64,000 bases of DNA from Octopus vulgaris (Eukaryota): positions 63,798,001 through 63,862,000 of the forward strand of contig OX597827.1 of the NCBI GenBank assembly GCA_951406725.2, given 5' to 3'. Position 1 is the stretch's first letter; every line of letters starts with the position of its first letter. The notes beneath the pieces were generated by a model. It saw nothing but the letters and a program-made list of their open reading frames with translations, was not told the DNA's origin and searched no databases. The position numbers and the translations under genes were made by a program. This document shows positions 25,379-38,600 of the stretch, in pieces.

Positions 25379-26840
25379 GTGTGTGTATCTGTGTATCCAT
25401 TTGTGAATCTTTGCCAGAAATTTGTGGATAAGTCTTTATGGGTTAAGGCTACCATAGATTTCATTTAAAAGAAACCTTCTACAATTATCAATCCTATTAT
25501 ATGGGACATTGGTGTTTGTGTACATATATACATATATATATATATATATATACACATACACATACATATATATATATATACATACATATATGCATGTGTG
25601 TGTGTGTATTTGAGTACAACATGCAACAACACAATAGAGAAAGGTTCCCTACCAAGAATCTGGTATAATTTGCTTACTGTCAATATTTCACCTCTGGGCA
25701 TCACATTCTACAGAAGTTCAACATTCTCTACTCCCACATTGATCCCATCATATTAGATGACCCAACAAAGATCATGGGAGCATTTGCCCCCAACAGCTGA
25801 TGTTGAATAATGATGATCCGCTATAAAAATATTCCAAAGGATAGCTTTTATAAGCAGTTTGAAGATTACTGTTGTTGTTTTTGTTTATCGTTGCTGCTGT
25901 TTTTGTTTAGCCCTAGGTCAACCCTCATTAAATCATCACATGCCCTTCTTATATTTTATCAGACGTAGTGTATCTAAGACCTCATTATGTGATTTAATTG
26001 GAAATTTGTTTAATCCCAAATTGGTTCTAATTAGGTAGACCTACAATCAAAGGTTTTTTTAGCAATGATCCATCCATCCATCTTTAATCAGATCTGATGG
26101 CTCCTCCCATCAACTTCAGCATGAGCATTCCATTACTCAATCATCTGAATGCCTCTGTCTCATTAAATTAATGTGTAAGTAGCTCAGTATTCTACAGACA
26201 AGTATACTTATTTAAGCCATTTGTTCTCTATGCTGGGTCACAATTATAAATGTATAGTTTACAGCTCTAAACCTTTTGTCACACCTCTAAATGTCTTGCG
26301 CAACCTCAAAATATCTGGCCCAACCTCTAACTGTTTTGCCACGCCCCTAAATGTTTGGTCAACAATTTTCCTTTGCTGTTCTTGACTCTAGGATGCACCA
26401 GGGTCATTCCCTCAGTATGAGGTGGAGGACCATATGTTTCTCTAAGGAAGGGCCTTCTTCTAATTTCTTTTTTATTTTACTGAATTGTCATTGAAGCTTC
26501 TGTAACTTTGCTTTTTTCTAGGCAGGGGTGTTGGCCCTACACAAACCCAGTTTTACCTCTACAATTGGGCAATCCATATTAGCCTGGCCTCTATCCTTTG
26601 ACCTGTCCAGCACAAGAAGCCCTACCAAAAGCTTGCACTCTTCTGGCATAGCTCTTTGACCATTGATGAATGCAAGCCACTGCACCACAACAAGGACTGC
26701 ACCCTTGTGGTGGACTGACACCTCTAGATGTTTTGCCATGCCTCTAAATGCTTGACCACACCTATTAACGTTTGACCATGCTTCTATTGCTGCTCAAAAT
26801 TTTCTGATGCATGTACTCAGTCAAACAATTATGAATGGTA

Positions 26841-26872
<32 letters not shown>

Positions 26873-26959
26873 ACAATATGTGTGCTTGTGTATGTGTGAC
26901 AGTGTTTGTGTGTGTGTACATTTTTATTCATTGTTTTTTTCTGTTCTATTTCTCTCCAG

Positions 26960-26992
26960 ATATTCTTGCAAGCAAAAGAGATGAATCTAAAA
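26960..26992 (+). CDS. MYT1L: candidate 33-nt cassette exon, phase 1-1 (DILASKRDESK)
   Basis: TTTCTCTCCAG acceptor and near-consensus A|GTAAGT donor; in frame. Confidence 0.6.
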
Positions 26993-27049
26993 GTAAGTCT
27001 GTTTCAGAATCCTTTCTTTGACTTCACCCATGCTTGTAACTATTTGTCT

Positions 27050-27600
27050 ATATAAACATTTGACCACACCTCTAAATGTTCAGCCTGACCTCTAAGTGTT
27101 TGGCCACACCTCTAAATGTATGGTCACAGCTATAAATGTTCGACCATACTACTAAATGTGTGGCCACACCTTTAAATGTGTAGTTTACAGCCCTAAACCT
27201 TTTGTCACACCTCTAAATGTTTGATCACACCTCTAAATGTTCAGCCCAACCTCTAAGTGTTTGGCCACACCTCTAAATGTATGGTCACAGCTATAAATGT
27301 TTGGCCACACCTTTAAATGTATAGTTTACAGCCTTGAACCTTTTGTCACACCTCTAAATGTTTGATCACACCTCTAAATGTTTAACCACACCTCTAAATG
27401 TTTGGCCCAACCTATAAGTGTTTAGCCACATCTCTAAATTTTTGGCCACAACTATAAGTCTTTAGCTGTACTTCTAGATGCTTGGCCACACCTCTAGATA
27501 TATTGTCTACAGACTTAAACCTTTCGTCACACCTCTAAATGTTTGGCCACACCTCTAAATATATAGTTTACAACCCTAAATCTTTTTTCACACCTTTGAG
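27050..27600. repeat. ~20-bp minisatellite (GGCCACACCTCTAAATGTTT); outlying units at 26230-26365 and 26715-26780
   Basis: Tandem units visible directly. Confidence 0.85.
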
Positions 27601-28213
27601 TGTTTTCCTGATACAATGAAACATTCCCTTATCATTTATTTTTATCAGTTACCTGGCAATGTTTACCTGGAATGTTCCAGCAAAAACTGGAAGCCTGGTA
27701 GCAACAGTGAAGGCTGTAGTATTTATTAGTAACAGTAGTTGTTCTTATTAATGTTACCAGTGATAATGATGATGGTGTTGCTAGTTAACTAGAAGTGGTG
27801 ACAGGGGGTGATGGTAGCAGTCATGCCAGTGTTAGTCAAAAGCTGGCATGAGCGAAATAATTGTTGTGGTAGTGATTCTGGGTTCAGTCCCACTGTGTGG
27901 CACCTTGGGCAAGTGTCTTCTACTATAGCCTTGGGCCAACCAAAGCCTTATGAGTGGATTTGGTAGATGGAAACTGAACGAAGCCTGTCGTATATATATA
28001 TATATATGTGTGTGTGTGTATGTGTTTGTGTCTGTGTTTGTCCCCCAAACATCGCTCGACAACCTATACTGGTGTGTTTACATCCCCATAACTTAGCGGT
28101 TCGGCAAAAGAATAAGTACTAGGCTTACAAAATTAAGTCCTGGGGTCAATTTGCTCGACTAAAAGGCAGTGCTCCAGCATGGCCACAGTCAAATGACTGA
28201 AACAAGTAAAAGA

Positions 28214-28308
<95 letters not shown>

Positions 28309-29192
28309 CGTGGTCTGATCAATAAGTATCCAGATTGTTGCCATAGTAACGAAGCTAAAGCATGCAGAGTGAAGCTACTTGGCAAAGATTGACCTTGAAC
28401 TCTGCTGTGCATGTGCAGTAAATTTTAACGTTCTAGCTCACTTCTGCTGTTTACAGCAGTGCTTGGAAGGAAGGTGTGTAGTGTGTGGTCATCGCATTGA
28501 CCACGACAGCGAAAGCTGTCATGGCAATACCTGCTCAAAAGGCCTATGCAAAGTTGCAGAAAATGTATGGCAAGGAGTGTATGAGCCACACAGAAGGGTA
28601 CGAGTGGTTCAAATGTTTCCAAGATGGCTGAAAAAATGTCAATATTGATGAATATTCTGGGTGACCTGCAACCAGCAGAACTGAGAAAAATATCGCAAAT
28701 GTGTGTGCAGCTGTAAGGAGAAATTGTCAAATCACCATCCGTGAATTATCAGAGGTTATACAGATGAGTTATGGTTCAGTTCAGTCCCTTATCACTGAAG
28801 ATTTGGGTATGAGACACGTGTCTGCCAAGTTTGTGCTAAAACTGCTTTCAGCTGACGAAAAAGATGCTAGGGCTTCAGATGCACAAGATCTTGATTGTGT
28901 TGAGAATGATGGAAACTTAGCGTAGGCCTCTGAGCAGGTGTCGCCAAAGTTTTTAGCAAAATTTGATGCAGATTCTCGGCTCAACTTTCTCTGTCTTGGT
29001 CAATGCTATGATCACACACTACACACCTTCCTTCCAAGCACTGCTGTAAACAGCGAAAGTGAGCAAGAATGTTTCAAAACTTCATGCACAGCAGAGTTCA
29101 AGGTCAATCTGTGCCGAGCGGCTTGGCTTCAATCTGCATATTTTACCTTCGTTACTATGGCAACAGTCTGGATACTTATTGATCAGACCAGG
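28309..29192 (+). mobile_element. mariner-family deletion/foldback derivative with N-terminal transposase remnant
   Basis: TIR TGGTCTGATCAATAAGTATCCAGA at both ends. Remnant translation ITIRELSEVIQMSYGSVQSLITEDLGMRHVSAKFVLKLL fits the mariner HTH and WVPHEL-linker region. Confidence 0.8.
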
Positions 29193-29469
29193 TTTATACA
29201 CAGAGACATATGAGCACATGTAAATATACATGCAAATATTAATTGCTGGCCCTGTAGAGATAACTTTAAAACGTCATATACATGTATAAATCTACGAGGA
29301 TGAGTAAGAAAGTAATACAATTTATATTTGCATTACTTTTTTGAATAACCCTTGTATTTACAAAGGTTAGTCAAAAAATAAGGGAAATAAAAATTGCCTT
29401 ACTTTCCAGCTCACCCTTCTATATGTGTATATTTATGTATGTGTAGAGAGAGAAAGGGGGAGAGAGAGA

Positions 29470-30350
29470 TCGTGTGTCTTTTAATCTTTATTCTCTTACT
29501 CTATTCTCCTTTGTCTCTGTTTCTAAATATTTATCTTGCTCATTCTCTTACTTTCACTTTCATTCTTCTCTCTTGTTACCTCTCTCTCTCTCTTTCTTCT
29601 TTCATCTTTGTCTCGCTATCTTTCTTCCATTTTATTTCCCTTCCTCTTCTTCTATTTGCACTTGCACTCATTTCCATCCTTCACTCACCCTCATTCATTC
29701 CCATCTGTCATTCACATCCACTCATTTCCTTCCCTCACTTTCATTCACACATTTCCTTCTTTCACTCATACTTTTTTCAATCCCTTCCCTCAATCACACT
29801 CATCTAATCCCTTCCCTCACTCACATTCACTCTTTTCCTTCCTTCACTCATTCAATCCTTTCCTCCACTCACACACATTCCATCCCTTCTTTCACTCCCA
29901 TTCACTCATTTCCTTCTTTCACTCACACTCATTCAATCCCTTCTCTCATTCATTTCCTTCCCTCACATGCACACTCATTCGATCCTTTCCCTCACTCATG
30001 CTCATTCAATCCCTTCTTTCACTCCCATTCTCTCATTTCCTTCCCTCACATGCACACTCGTTTAATCCTTTCCCTCACTCACACTCATTTAATCTCTTCT
30101 CTCATTCATTTCCTTCCCTCTCATGCACACTCATTCAATCCTTTCCCTCACTCATGCTCATTCAATCCCTTCTCTCACTTCCATTCATTCATTTCCTTCC
30201 CTCACTCCCACACTTATTTATGTCCATCCCTCACTCACTCATTCACTCATTTCCTTCCCTCACTTACACTCACTTATTTCCTTCCTGCCTACATCTTTTT
30301 TTCTCATCCCTTTCTTCTCTCTCTTTTCTCTCCTCTCCTTCCAGCCCTGT
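29470..30350 (+). repeat. G-depleted pyrimidine-rich degenerate repeat (CACTCATTCAATCCCTTCCCT-like)
   Basis: Almost no G on the + strand; repeated units. Confidence 0.85.
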
Positions 30351-30400
30351 AGCCCTTATATCTTACAACTATTTCCCTACTTCTTCCCCTTTATTTATAG

Positions 30401-30574
30401 ATATGGCTCCCTATGATGCTGATTCTTCTCGCATCTCTCAGAACCGATGGTTGCCAGACGGAGAGAAAGCTCTCTACATGTCAACCACCATTGGAAAGTT
30501 CCATTCAACCACTACTACCACCACCACCACTACTACCACCAACACCACCATCACCTCTACCACCACCACTAAAG
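30401..30574 (+). CDS. MYT1L: candidate 174-nt cassette exon, phase 1-1 (MAPYDADSSRISQNRWLPDGEKALYMSTTIGKFHS-polyT-K)
   Basis: Long pyrimidine tract with TATAG acceptor and AAAG|GTACAC donor. 58 codons with no stop in the gene frame. Confidence 0.5.
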
Positions 30575-31544
30575 GTACACTCAGTTATATTGTTTCTAAA
30601 AAAAAAAAAAGAAATTTTAATAAATAAATAAATAAATCATCCTACCATTCTAACCATTGCCACTACCACCAACACCACCACCACTGCCGCCACCACCACC
30701 ACCACCACTGTCACCACCCTTTGTGTAACATTGTCAACCCTTGCCTGTTTGCATGTTAAGGGAATTTCTTTCCCCTCCATAGCCAGAAATGTCTTTGCAG
30801 AATACTGGAAATGAACGACACTACTTTTATGATAGAGACATGCATTTACAAATGTCGTGTGACATCAAGACATGGAGCAACACACATACATACATGGTGG
30901 CATGCCCCCTCGTTATCAGTATGGCCATTGCACATTAATCAATGTTGTTATCGTGCAATGCCTGTGCAAGAAGATTTTTTTAAAGTATGAAAAGGCTGTG
31001 CACTAAGTCAATCCCACTCACTAAGCAACAGCAGCCATAATCCCAAAAGAACCATCGGTAATGACTGAGCCGCAGGTTTTATATCGGAGTTATCCCAGTT
31101 ACCTGAGTTACCTTCTCCTAGAAGGATGCCCTAACAAAGGCTAGGAGTCCTTCACTCCCAATGATTTAACGGCGTGATCGGGTATTCAGTCCGATTATTT
31201 CTATTTTCCCGCGCATGATCCAGCCTTAAGACATTTATTGGATGGCCGTTGGCTCTCAAGAGTTCCTCCACATTTTGACGGGTTTTGTTTTCCATCCCGC
31301 AGGGTGTCCAATAAACACCCTTCTCACCAAGCAAGCTCGGTGGGGTTGCCAGTTTAGTCGCCGACGACCCGACCATGCAACAGGTTGTACTGGGTTACAT
31401 GTTACCAGTAGCACTCAAAAGTGACTTGACACGACATACATACATACATACATACATGTATACATACATATATACATATACATACATATATACATGCATA
31501 CATACATATATATATGTATATATATGTGTGTGTGTGTGTGTCTG

Positions 31545-31583
<39 letters not shown>

Positions 31584-34232
31584 ATATATATATATGTGTG
31601 TGTATATATATGTATACATACAGCATGGAAAGCAGACGTTAGACAACCATAATGATGATGATACGTATACATAAGTGTGGTGTTAGGAAGGGCATCCAGC
31701 CGTAGAAACATTGCCAGATCAGACTGGGCCTGGTGCAGCCTTCTGGCTTCCCAGACCCCAGTTGAACTGTCCAACCCATGCCAGCATGGAAAGCGGATGC
31801 TAAACAATGATGATGATGATGATATTTTGGTAGGTAAAAAACATAATCCAAACGTGGGTGATGCGAGTGCCATCTGACTGGCTCCTATGCCAGTGGCACG
31901 CATAAAGCACCCACTACACTCTCGGAGTGACTGGCATTAGGAAAGGCATCCAGCTGTAGAAATCTTGCCAGATCAGATTGGAGCCTGATAGAGCCTACTG
32001 GATTGCCAGTCCTCAGACAAGCCATCCAACCCATACCAGCATAGAAAGCAAGCATTAAACGACGATGAAGATATATATTTAAGCCACAATATATGGATTC
32101 AGATAATCTGATAGTGCTCATAAAAAAACGTTTCTTAATGTCTCATTCTACAAAACATATAGAATATATAGTAGAATACAAGAGCAGACGATAAGGAGTG
32201 TATGAAGTTATAAATGACAGAGAAATAGTGTCTTGAAATTTTACTTAATAAGAAAATTCTAACATCATGACAAATTGTTTCATAACTTAAAAACATGTAA
32301 ATATTTTATATTATTATATCGTGCCGGTGGCACGTAAAAAGCACCATCCAATCGTGGCCGTTTGCCAGCCTCGCCTGGCCCCCATGCCAGTGGCACATAA
32401 AAAGCACCATCCGATCGTGGCCGTTTGCCAGCCTCATCTGGCACCTGTGCCGGTGGCATGTAAAAGCACCCACTACCCTCATGGAGTGGTTGGCATTAAG
32501 AAGGGCACCCAGCCATAGAAACATTGCCAGATCAGACTGGGCCTGGTGCAGCCTTCTGGCTTCCCAGACCCCAGTTGAACTGTCCAACCCATGCTAGCAT
32601 GGAAAGCGGACGCTAAACGATGACGATGATGATGATGATTTAAATAAATAAATAAATTACTTATATGTCTGCATTATTGCAAAAGGTAAAAAAATCCTTT
32701 AAAATAATGCAGAATTTAAGTTACATCCTCAGGTGATATTAGAATTTTCTTATTGTTAAATAAAATTTCATCAAAATATTTCCCTGTCATTTATGACTTT
32801 TTACACAGACAAGCACAAATATATATTTACAAGCAAACATTGAAGCATTGATTGGATGACGTATTTTTTTGGAAATTAAGAAAATATTGAATGCAGGAGA
32901 ATAACTATGAAAACATCTTTAAAAAATCAGGTAAAAATAATCCCTGTAGATGGAAAATAAGAACAGTAACCAGAAGCTACTACAGAGAATCAAACAGTTT
33001 ACCTATCAAATTCCTGTTGAGCACACTGTACCATTGAACTAGATTATCTCTGAGAACTGGTATTGTCTTTTATAACACTAAATAATAGACTATTGAAATT
33101 TGGGAACATTAAGTGAGTGACATATTCTTAGAAATTAAGAACATTTTAAATGCAGAAGAATAGCTGTGGAAACAGGTTTAGAAAATCAGGTAAAAAAATA
33201 CCCCTATAGACAGAAAAGAAAGCAGCCAGCTACAGAGAATCAAACTCCATATGTCTCAGATTCCAGCTGATAGCTCTGTACTACAGAGACCATTTTTATA
33301 ATACTGAATGATACATTTTAGAAATGCGAAAACATTTTTATAAACAAATATTGAAACATCAGCACTGAGCCAGAATTTGAAGAGTACAGATTTCGATTCT
33401 CTTTAGTGACTGCTGGCCAGTTTTTTTTTCCATCTATATGGGTATATTTACCTGATTTTCTAAAGCTGTTTTCACAGCTATTCTCTTGCATTCAAGATGT
33501 TCTTAATTTCTGAATATGTCACACAACACTTCAATGTTTGACCATAAGAATGTTCTCACATTTCCAAAAGCTTTTATTTAGCATTATGAAAGACAGTGTC
33601 TGTCGTCAGAGATCGTTTAGCTTAGTAATGCAGAGAGCTCAACTGGAATTTGAGATGTACAGAGTTTGATACTTGGTAGCAGCTGATGGCCAATTTTTCC
33701 GTTAATAAGGGTATTTTACCCAATTTTCTAAAGCTGTTTTCACAGTTATTCTCCTGAATTTGATACCTTCTCAAAATATATATGCATATATACATATCAT
33801 TTGTAGAAAACATAAATCCGAAAGAAGCAAACTCTAAGATGTAGAGCAATATATATTAGATATGGGGTGGGATGGTTTACGGGATTAGCTTACGTTTCCC
33901 AGCCATAAAGAGTTTAGCTTTATGGCATATAGTCAGATCCCAAAAACCTGTTGGTTTTTGGGATCTGACAATATGCTATAAAGCTAAATCTTTTATGGCT
34001 GGGAAATCTAAGGTAATCCCATAAACTGGCTGTCCCCATTTGTAGCATATATATATATGTGTGTGTGTGTATATATATATAAATATATATATATATCAAA
34101 ATAAGCAACACCTTACTTTGAAGTGTGCGAATAATACTGCATGCCCGTGGCTCTGAGCTGAAACTATAGAAAAAAAAACATACATATATACATGCATATA
34201 TATACATATATATATGTGTATATATATGTATA

Positions 34233-34267
<35 letters not shown>

Positions 34268-34984
34268 ATACATACATACATACATACATACATACATACA
34301 TACATACATACATACGTATGTATATATGTATGTATATATAAATATGTATGTATGCAATCATGCCGTTGAGTGAAATGGCGCTCATTCTCTCCTAAACTTG
34401 CTAACATCCGGTATGTGAAGCTTTCAACTGGTAGCACTTGCATCTGCAAAATTGCTTGCAAAAAATCTAAACGAACAAAAAAAAAATCACAAAGAATAGG
34501 CTTCTTTCAGTTTCCATCTACCAAATCCACTCACAGCACTTTGGTTCAAGGGCTGTAGTATATAAGACCATTGTCCAAGGTGCCATGCAATGAGACTAAA
34601 CCCATAAGCATACATTCAATTACACATATTTATTAAAATTTTTTTCTCTTTTTTTTCTTCTGCTTCAACATTACAAATTCCTACTTATTTATAATTAAGC
34701 GAACTGCCCCGAATACATATAAAAAAAAAAACTAAAATCTAAAATCATGTTCCCCCACCCTATCTCCCCACCTCTCTCTCTTTCTCTATCCTCCACCCTC
34801 TCTCTCTTTCTCTTTCCTTCTCCCTCTCTCTCTCTGTCCTCCTCCCTCTCTCTCTTTCTCTCTCTGCATTTATTTTTCTCTTGCGCGGGTTACGAGATTT
34901 CTTTTCAGTTATGTGGTTCTAGGTTCGATACTTTGATATTTTTATAGACAGAGACTCAGGTTGCTGGAAACTGTGTAGATGTAC

Positions 34985-35023
<39 letters not shown>

Positions 35024-35762
35024 GGCGGCAAGCTGGCAGAATGATTAGCATGCCAGGCAAAATGCTTAGCGATATTTCATCTGCTGCTACATTCTGAGTT
35101 CAAATTCCACCAAGGTCGACTTTGCCTTTCATCCTTTCGGGGTTGATAAATTAAGTACCGGTCGCATACTGGGGTCAATCTAATCGACTGGCCCTCTCCC
35201 CAAAAATTTCAGGTGGTGTCTTTCATTCCTTGTGAGACATAAGGCAGAAATCTGGCAGAATCGTTAGCACACCAGGTGAAATGGTTAGCGGTATTTCGTC
35301 TGTCCTTATATTCTGAGTTTAAATTCTGCCAAGGTTGACTTTGCCTTTCATCCTTTTGGGTTGATAAATTAAGTACCAGTTGCATAATCGACTGCCCCAC
35401 CCCCACCCCCACCAAAATTTCAGGCCTTGTGCCTGTAGTAGAAAGGATTTCTTATGAGACATGTCTAACCCTGAGGAAATACTACCTTCCTTGGAAACAG
35501 ACATGGGGTAGCAACAGGAAGGGCATCAGGCTGTAGAAAATCCACCTCCTTAAATTCCATCCAACCCATGCAAGCGTCAGAAAGTGGATATTAAACAACG
35601 ACGATGATGAGGATACAGTGCTCATCTCTTCCTAATTTCTGATCTTCTGTCTACAGTTAAAAACCATTAATATGATTGATCTGATTGTACTATAATGCTG
35701 CTGCTGTTGTTGTTGTTGTTGTTGTTGTAAAATCATTAAATGCCCTTTTTTCTGCCTTCTAG

Positions 35763-35810
35763 GTACCACGATTTCCAGCCCCGTGAATACCGGCCAGGAA
35801 GTAGATACAC
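35763..35810 (+). CDS. MYT1L: candidate 48-nt cassette exon, phase 1-1 (GTTISSPVNTGQEVDT)
   Basis: CCTTCTAG acceptor and C|GTATGA donor. GC/CpG-richer island; in frame. Confidence 0.55.
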
Positions 35811-36057
35811 GTATGATCCCTTTTATTTTTCATTTCTTTTTTTATTTGTTTCAGTTGTTAATTAGACTTGCAGTTATGCTGCAGTAATTTGCTTTGTGCA
35901 TGGTTTTAGTGAAGCAAATTAACCACAGTATTCTTTTTTTATTATTATTAAGTCTGATGCTTACTCTGTCGGTCTATTTTGCCAAACTGCTGAGTTTTGG
36001 TGGATATAAACAAACCAACACCATTTGTCAGGCTGTGGAGTTGAGACAAAAACAAAG

Positions 36058-36088
<31 letters not shown>

Positions 36089-36120
36089 TACATACATACA
36101 TACAAACATAAATACATACA

Positions 36121-36167
<47 letters not shown>

Positions 36168-37315
36168 AGATGTACTTGCATAGCAAGTGACCTGATCTGA
36201 GATTGTGTGCTGAAACAAAAACAATTGCAGCATGGAAGGTGTTTATAAGCCATTTAAAAACACAAAAACCGTTCTATTCACTTCAACAATTTAAATTTAA
36301 TTTGCCAAAATATTTTTGAGATCGCGACCCATACAAGTACATCTCCGGAATAATTTTTTGTTTCTGGACAATTATTTTCGAACAAGTCGATTATATCATC
36401 CCCAGGGCCCAATCGGTATTTATTTTATCACCCCCACCCAAAAAAAAAGGGTGAAAGGCAAAGTTAACCTCAGTGGAATTTGAACTCAGAAACATAAGGA
36501 TGGACGAAATGCCGCTAAGCATTTTGCCTGGTTTGCTAACGATTCAGCCAGTTTGCCATCTTAGGTTTTGACACCATATAACAAAGAATGAACGTTTAAT
36601 TGAAGCTAATGGTTTTTGTGTGTTTCTGAATGGTTGACTTGTGTCTTCCACACTGGGATCATTTTAGTTGTGCAAGCCCTAGTTTCAGATCAAAACACTT
36701 GTCATCATAAGTATTTCTCCACAACTACATATTTTAATGCACAAAAAACTTTATTTCCGTGCTCTTGTTGTCTCATGCTCTCTCTCTCTCTCTTTCTTCA
36801 TATTGTCTTCATTGTTTATGCAAAATTTCTCTTTCTCTTTCTCTCTCTTTCCCTCTCTCCTAATTACATTTTTTTTTTATTCGTATCTAGCACACACTTT
36901 TAAACTCTGCTTTTACCATCCTCTTTCACTCTTCGTTCCCCCCACCTCTCTCTGTCTCTCTATTTATGTATCTTTCTGCTTATCTTTCTATCTATCTACC
37001 AATCTCTCTTTCTCTCCCTCTATCAATCTAGCTATCTAGCTATAACCTTCATCTTTTAAAACTCTCTCTTTCTCTCTCCCTCATTCTATACACTCATGCT
37101 TTCTTTCTCTCCTCTTTCTCTCTCCTTCTCTTTCTCTCTCTCTCTCACACACACACACAGACACACTCACAAACTATCTTCATCTTTTAAAACATTCTCT
37201 TTTTCTCTCCCTCTTATTATACACTCATACTTCCTTTCTCTAACTCTCTCTTACTTTCACTTCCATATATTTCCACTGCACTCCATAACAGTTCCTCACC
37301 TGTTTCTCTTTTCAG

Positions 37316-38600
37316 GTTCCGACCGTGTACTTCGACCAATGATATTGACTAAACAGCTTGATCTCCCTTGCTATGAATATCCTCCATATGTGTCCACCTC
37401 TACACCACGCACCAATCTAGCCAAAGAACTCGAGAAATACAACCGGCCACCCACTGAATTCCAAACATATCAATCAAAACTCTATCCCGGCAAACCCATT
37501 GCTCCCAAACCGAAAGACTCAAGCATTGATCGACCAAACATCTTGAGCAAACGGCCAAACTACAAACCGCAGTATCGATATGATCCTCAAGTCCCTGTTG
37601 CCCTTAACCTCTCCACAAAAGCAGCGGCGGCGGCAGCTGCAGCAGCTGCTGCTTCCACAACTGCTTCCACGACTAATACAGTGAACTGTGTGACAAACGG
37701 CTCCGGGCTGGACCTCACCATGAAACCAATGCCTGGCGCATCAGTGGGCGGGGTACCAGCTTCGACGTCGGTGAATGTCACTGCAGGACTGACGACGACG
37801 GCCACCACGACCATTGCCAGCATCACGACCACGACGTCGCTACCAGGCGGCAACATGCCACTGACGAGCCGCAACAACACCAGCAACGGCAGTACTAACA
37901 GCAGCAGCCCCGGCAATTGTGCAATTGCTATTGCTGCCGCCACTGCTGCTGCTGCTGCTGCCGCCGCCGCTGCCAGTGGTGGTGGTGGTGGTGGTGGTGG
38001 TGGCAGCGGCAGTGGTGGTGGTGGTGCTGCTGGTGGTGTCGGCGGCGGTGGTGGTGCAGGTACTGGTCTCATGGAAACAGCAAACGTCAACGTCATGCAG
38101 CAACAGCAGCAGCAACAACAGCAACAGCAACAACAACAACAACAGCAACAACAACTCCAACAACAACAGCACCCACACCAAAACCACCACCATCAACAAC
38201 AACAACAACAGCATCAGCAACAACCACCTCCACCACCGCCACCACCCCCACATCAACATCAACAACAACAATCACCACATCATCAACAACAACAGCAACA
38301 ACATCAGCAGCAGCAGCAGCAGCAACCCCAACACACTGTACACCAGGTGTCTCAGCCTGATACAGGGACCTTATCTTCTCATCAAACACACCATCATCAG
38401 CAGCAGCAGCCTGATGACCTTATGGTTTCCTCTTCCCCATCAGCACTTTCAGTTGTCACATCCATACCTGCCTCACTTTCATCGCCACCTTTGAACACTG
38501 CTATATCATCATCATCATCATCATCAAAAGGAGATTACAATGGCTTGCCTGTATCACCAGTAAATGTTCCTGCCTTGGAGAAAACAGTCTGTGTCAATGG
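37316..38600 (+). CDS. MYT1L: MYT1-like exon with conserved MYT1 block (SDRVLRPMILTKQL...TPRTNLAKELEKY) followed by poly-A/G/Q/H/P region
   Basis: Within ORF 37096..38604. Close match to vertebrate SDRVLRPM...TPRSNLAKELEKY. TTTTCAG acceptor and GG|GTAAGT donor. Confidence 0.92.

Noticed and set aside
27050-27600. CRISPR-like appearance of periodic repeats (also 14160-14715)
   Set aside because: Eukaryotic intron, contiguous tandem units without unique spacers, and no cas genes.
29394-30400. 292-363-aa S/H/F/L-rich ORFs
   Set aside because: A G-poor repeat rarely forms stop codons; only 30401-30574 has splice signals.
34120-34170. TAATACTGC...GAAAC segment considered as a twister or other ribozyme
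   Set aside because: I could not build the required stems or pseudoknots by eye.
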